A stretch of 64,000 bases of DNA from an uncultured Acidobacteriota bacterium (GTDB taxonomy: Bacteria; Acidobacteriota; Thermoanaerobaculia; Multivoradales; SZUA-115). How positions within the stretch are numbered: the stretch's first letter is position 1; every line of letters starts with the position of its first letter. The stretch lies in the NCBI GenBank assembly GCA_963805975.1, contig CAWDVR010000002.1, forward strand, positions 768,001 through 832,000, written 5' to 3'. Position numbers and translations under genes: made by a program. The notes beneath the pieces are model-generated. The model was not told the origin of the DNA. It did no database searches and was given only the letters and a program-made list of their open reading frames with translations. This document shows, one piece after another, positions 62,623 through 64,000 of this stretch.

Positions 62623-63999
62623 TCAGGTGGTGGAGCCCAACTGCCTGCGCACCAGGCCCTCGGCCGCAGCCAGGGCCTCGGGGAGCTTGGCCGGTTCCCG
62701 GCCGCCGGCCTGGGCGAAGTCGGGACGGCCGCCACCGCCGCCGCCGACCAGCGCCGCGGCGGCCTTGACCAGCTCGCCGGCGTGGACCCGGCCGGCGAGG
62801 TCCTTGCTGGCGCTCGCCACCAGGCTCACCTTCTCGCCCTCGCGGGCACCCAGGAAGACCACGCCGGAGCCCAGCTTGGAGCGCAGCGTGTCCGCCATGT
62901 TGCGCAGCTCGTTGGCCGGCGCGTACGGCACCTCCCGCACCAGCACCTTGACGCCGTCGATCACTGTCTCGCCGCCGTCCTCTCCCCCGCGGGCTCCCGA
63001 GACCAGCTCCAGGCGGAGCTTCGCCAGCTCGTCTTCGCGCTCCTTGACGGTGCGGCGCAGGCGCTCGATCTCCTCGGAGGCGCGCTCGGCGGGCACCCCC
63101 AGCGCCTCCTCGATGCGCTGCAGGTGGCCCCTTCTCGCCCGGACCTCGGCGAGCGCCCCCTCGCCGGAGATCGCCTCGATGCGGCGCACCCCCGAGGCAA
63201 TGCCCCGCTCGCCGGTCAGCAGGAAGGGGCCGATCTCGCCGGTGTTGGCCACGTGGCAGCCGCCGCAGAGCTCGAGAGAGACGCCGGGCACCTCGACCGT
63301 GCGTACGGTCTCGCCATACTTCTCGCCGAAGAGGGCCATGGCGCCGGCGGCCAGCGCCTCGCGGTAGGGCCGCTCCGAGATCCGCGTGGGTGTCGAGCGC
63401 AGGATCTCCTCGTTCACCCGTGCCTCCACCCGTTCCAGCTCTTCGGCGGTCATCGGCCGCGGGAACGTGAAGTCGAAGCGCAGGCGGTCCGGCGCCACCA
63501 GCGAGCCGGCCTGGCGTGCCCCCTCGCCCACCACCTCGTGCAGCGCCGCGTGCAGCAGGTGGGTCGCGGTGTGGTTGCGCTGGATGGCGCGCCGGCGGGA
63601 GGCGTCGACCTCGAGGTCCACCCTGGCGCCGGCCTCGAGAGGCCCTCCGGCTCCCACTTCGAGCAGATGGAAGAAAAGCCCGCTGCCGTCCTTCTGCGTG
63701 TCCGTCACCCGCGCGGAGCCGCCCGCCCAGGTGACGACGCCCTGATCCCCGACCTCGCCGCCGCCCTCGGCGTAGAACACCGTGCGGTCGAGCACGGCGG
63801 CGCCGCTCGTGCCGGGAGGGAGCCGCTCGACCCGGACGCCGTCGAGCGTCGCCAGGCGGAGGACCGTCGCGCCGCTGAGCGCCATCGCCCCGTAGCCCTC
63901 GAAGGCGGTGGCGCCGCCCTCGCCGCGCAGCGCCTGGGCGAGGGCGGCGAGCCGCTTCTGCCCCTCGCCCGTCGCCTTGCGCGAGCGTTCCCGCTGGCG
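62623..63999 (-). CDS. alaS: Alanine--tRNA ligase (3' part; continues beyond the window)
   Basis: FYAEGGGEVGD, NHTATHLLH, RLRFDF, ELCGGCHV, GGGGGRPDFAQAGG. Confidence 0.97.
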   Translation of the reverse strand, partial: RQRERSRKATGEGQKRLAALAQALRGEGGATAFEGYGAMALSGATVLRLATLDGVRVERLPPGTSGAAVLDRTVFYAEGGGEVGDQGVVTWAGGSARVTDTQKDGSGLFFHLLEVGAGGPLEAGARVDLEVDASRRRAIQRNHTATHLLHAALHEVVGEGARQAGSLVAPDRLRFDFTFPRPMTAEELERVEARVNEEILRSTPTRISERPYREALAAGAMALFGEKYGETVRTVEVPGVSLELCGGCHVANTGEIGPFLLTGERGIASGVRRIEAISGEGALAEVRARRGHLQRIEEALGVPAERASEEIERLRRTVKEREDELAKLRLELVSGARGGEDGGETVIDGVKVLVREVPYAPANELRNMADTLRSKLGSGVVFLGAREGEKVSLVASASKDLAGRVHAGELVKAAAALVGGGGGGRPDFAQAGGREPAKLPEALAAAEGLVRRQLGSTT

Positions 64000-64000
64000 C

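Overview
High-GC bacterial chromosomal window. Gene content suggests Acidobacteriota, possibly Thermoanaerobaculia (inference). Housekeeping genes include typA, rarA, an isocitrate dehydrogenase-family gene, rpsP-khpA-rimM-trmD-rplS-rnhB, ffh, pyk, pgsA and the 3' part of alaS. Accessory modules include: an ECF sigma/Ser-Thr kinase pair; an Oar-like TonB-dependent receptor; a sigma54 two-component system with an adaptor and two ABC ATPases but no permease; a copper-resistance operon; a vapBC toxin-antitoxin pair; and an AAA_14/DUF4143 ATPase-nuclease whose promoter and start codon lie inside a perfect 43-bp nested palindrome. A three-gene NAD-linked formate-dehydrogenase-like operon sits in opposite orientation between ffh and rpsP. 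Its catalytic subunit has an in-frame UGA with a SECIS hairpin (selenocysteine) and lacks the N-terminal Fe-S domain, which is encoded at the end of the last gene. Also seen: three sigma54 promoters with paired enhancer sites, a GTAG REP doublet, several probable leaderless genes, a TPR-AAA/membrane operon, and frameshifted or truncated genes at 48.4-50.5 kb and 58.3 kb. All calls come from reading motifs by eye; no database searches were run.
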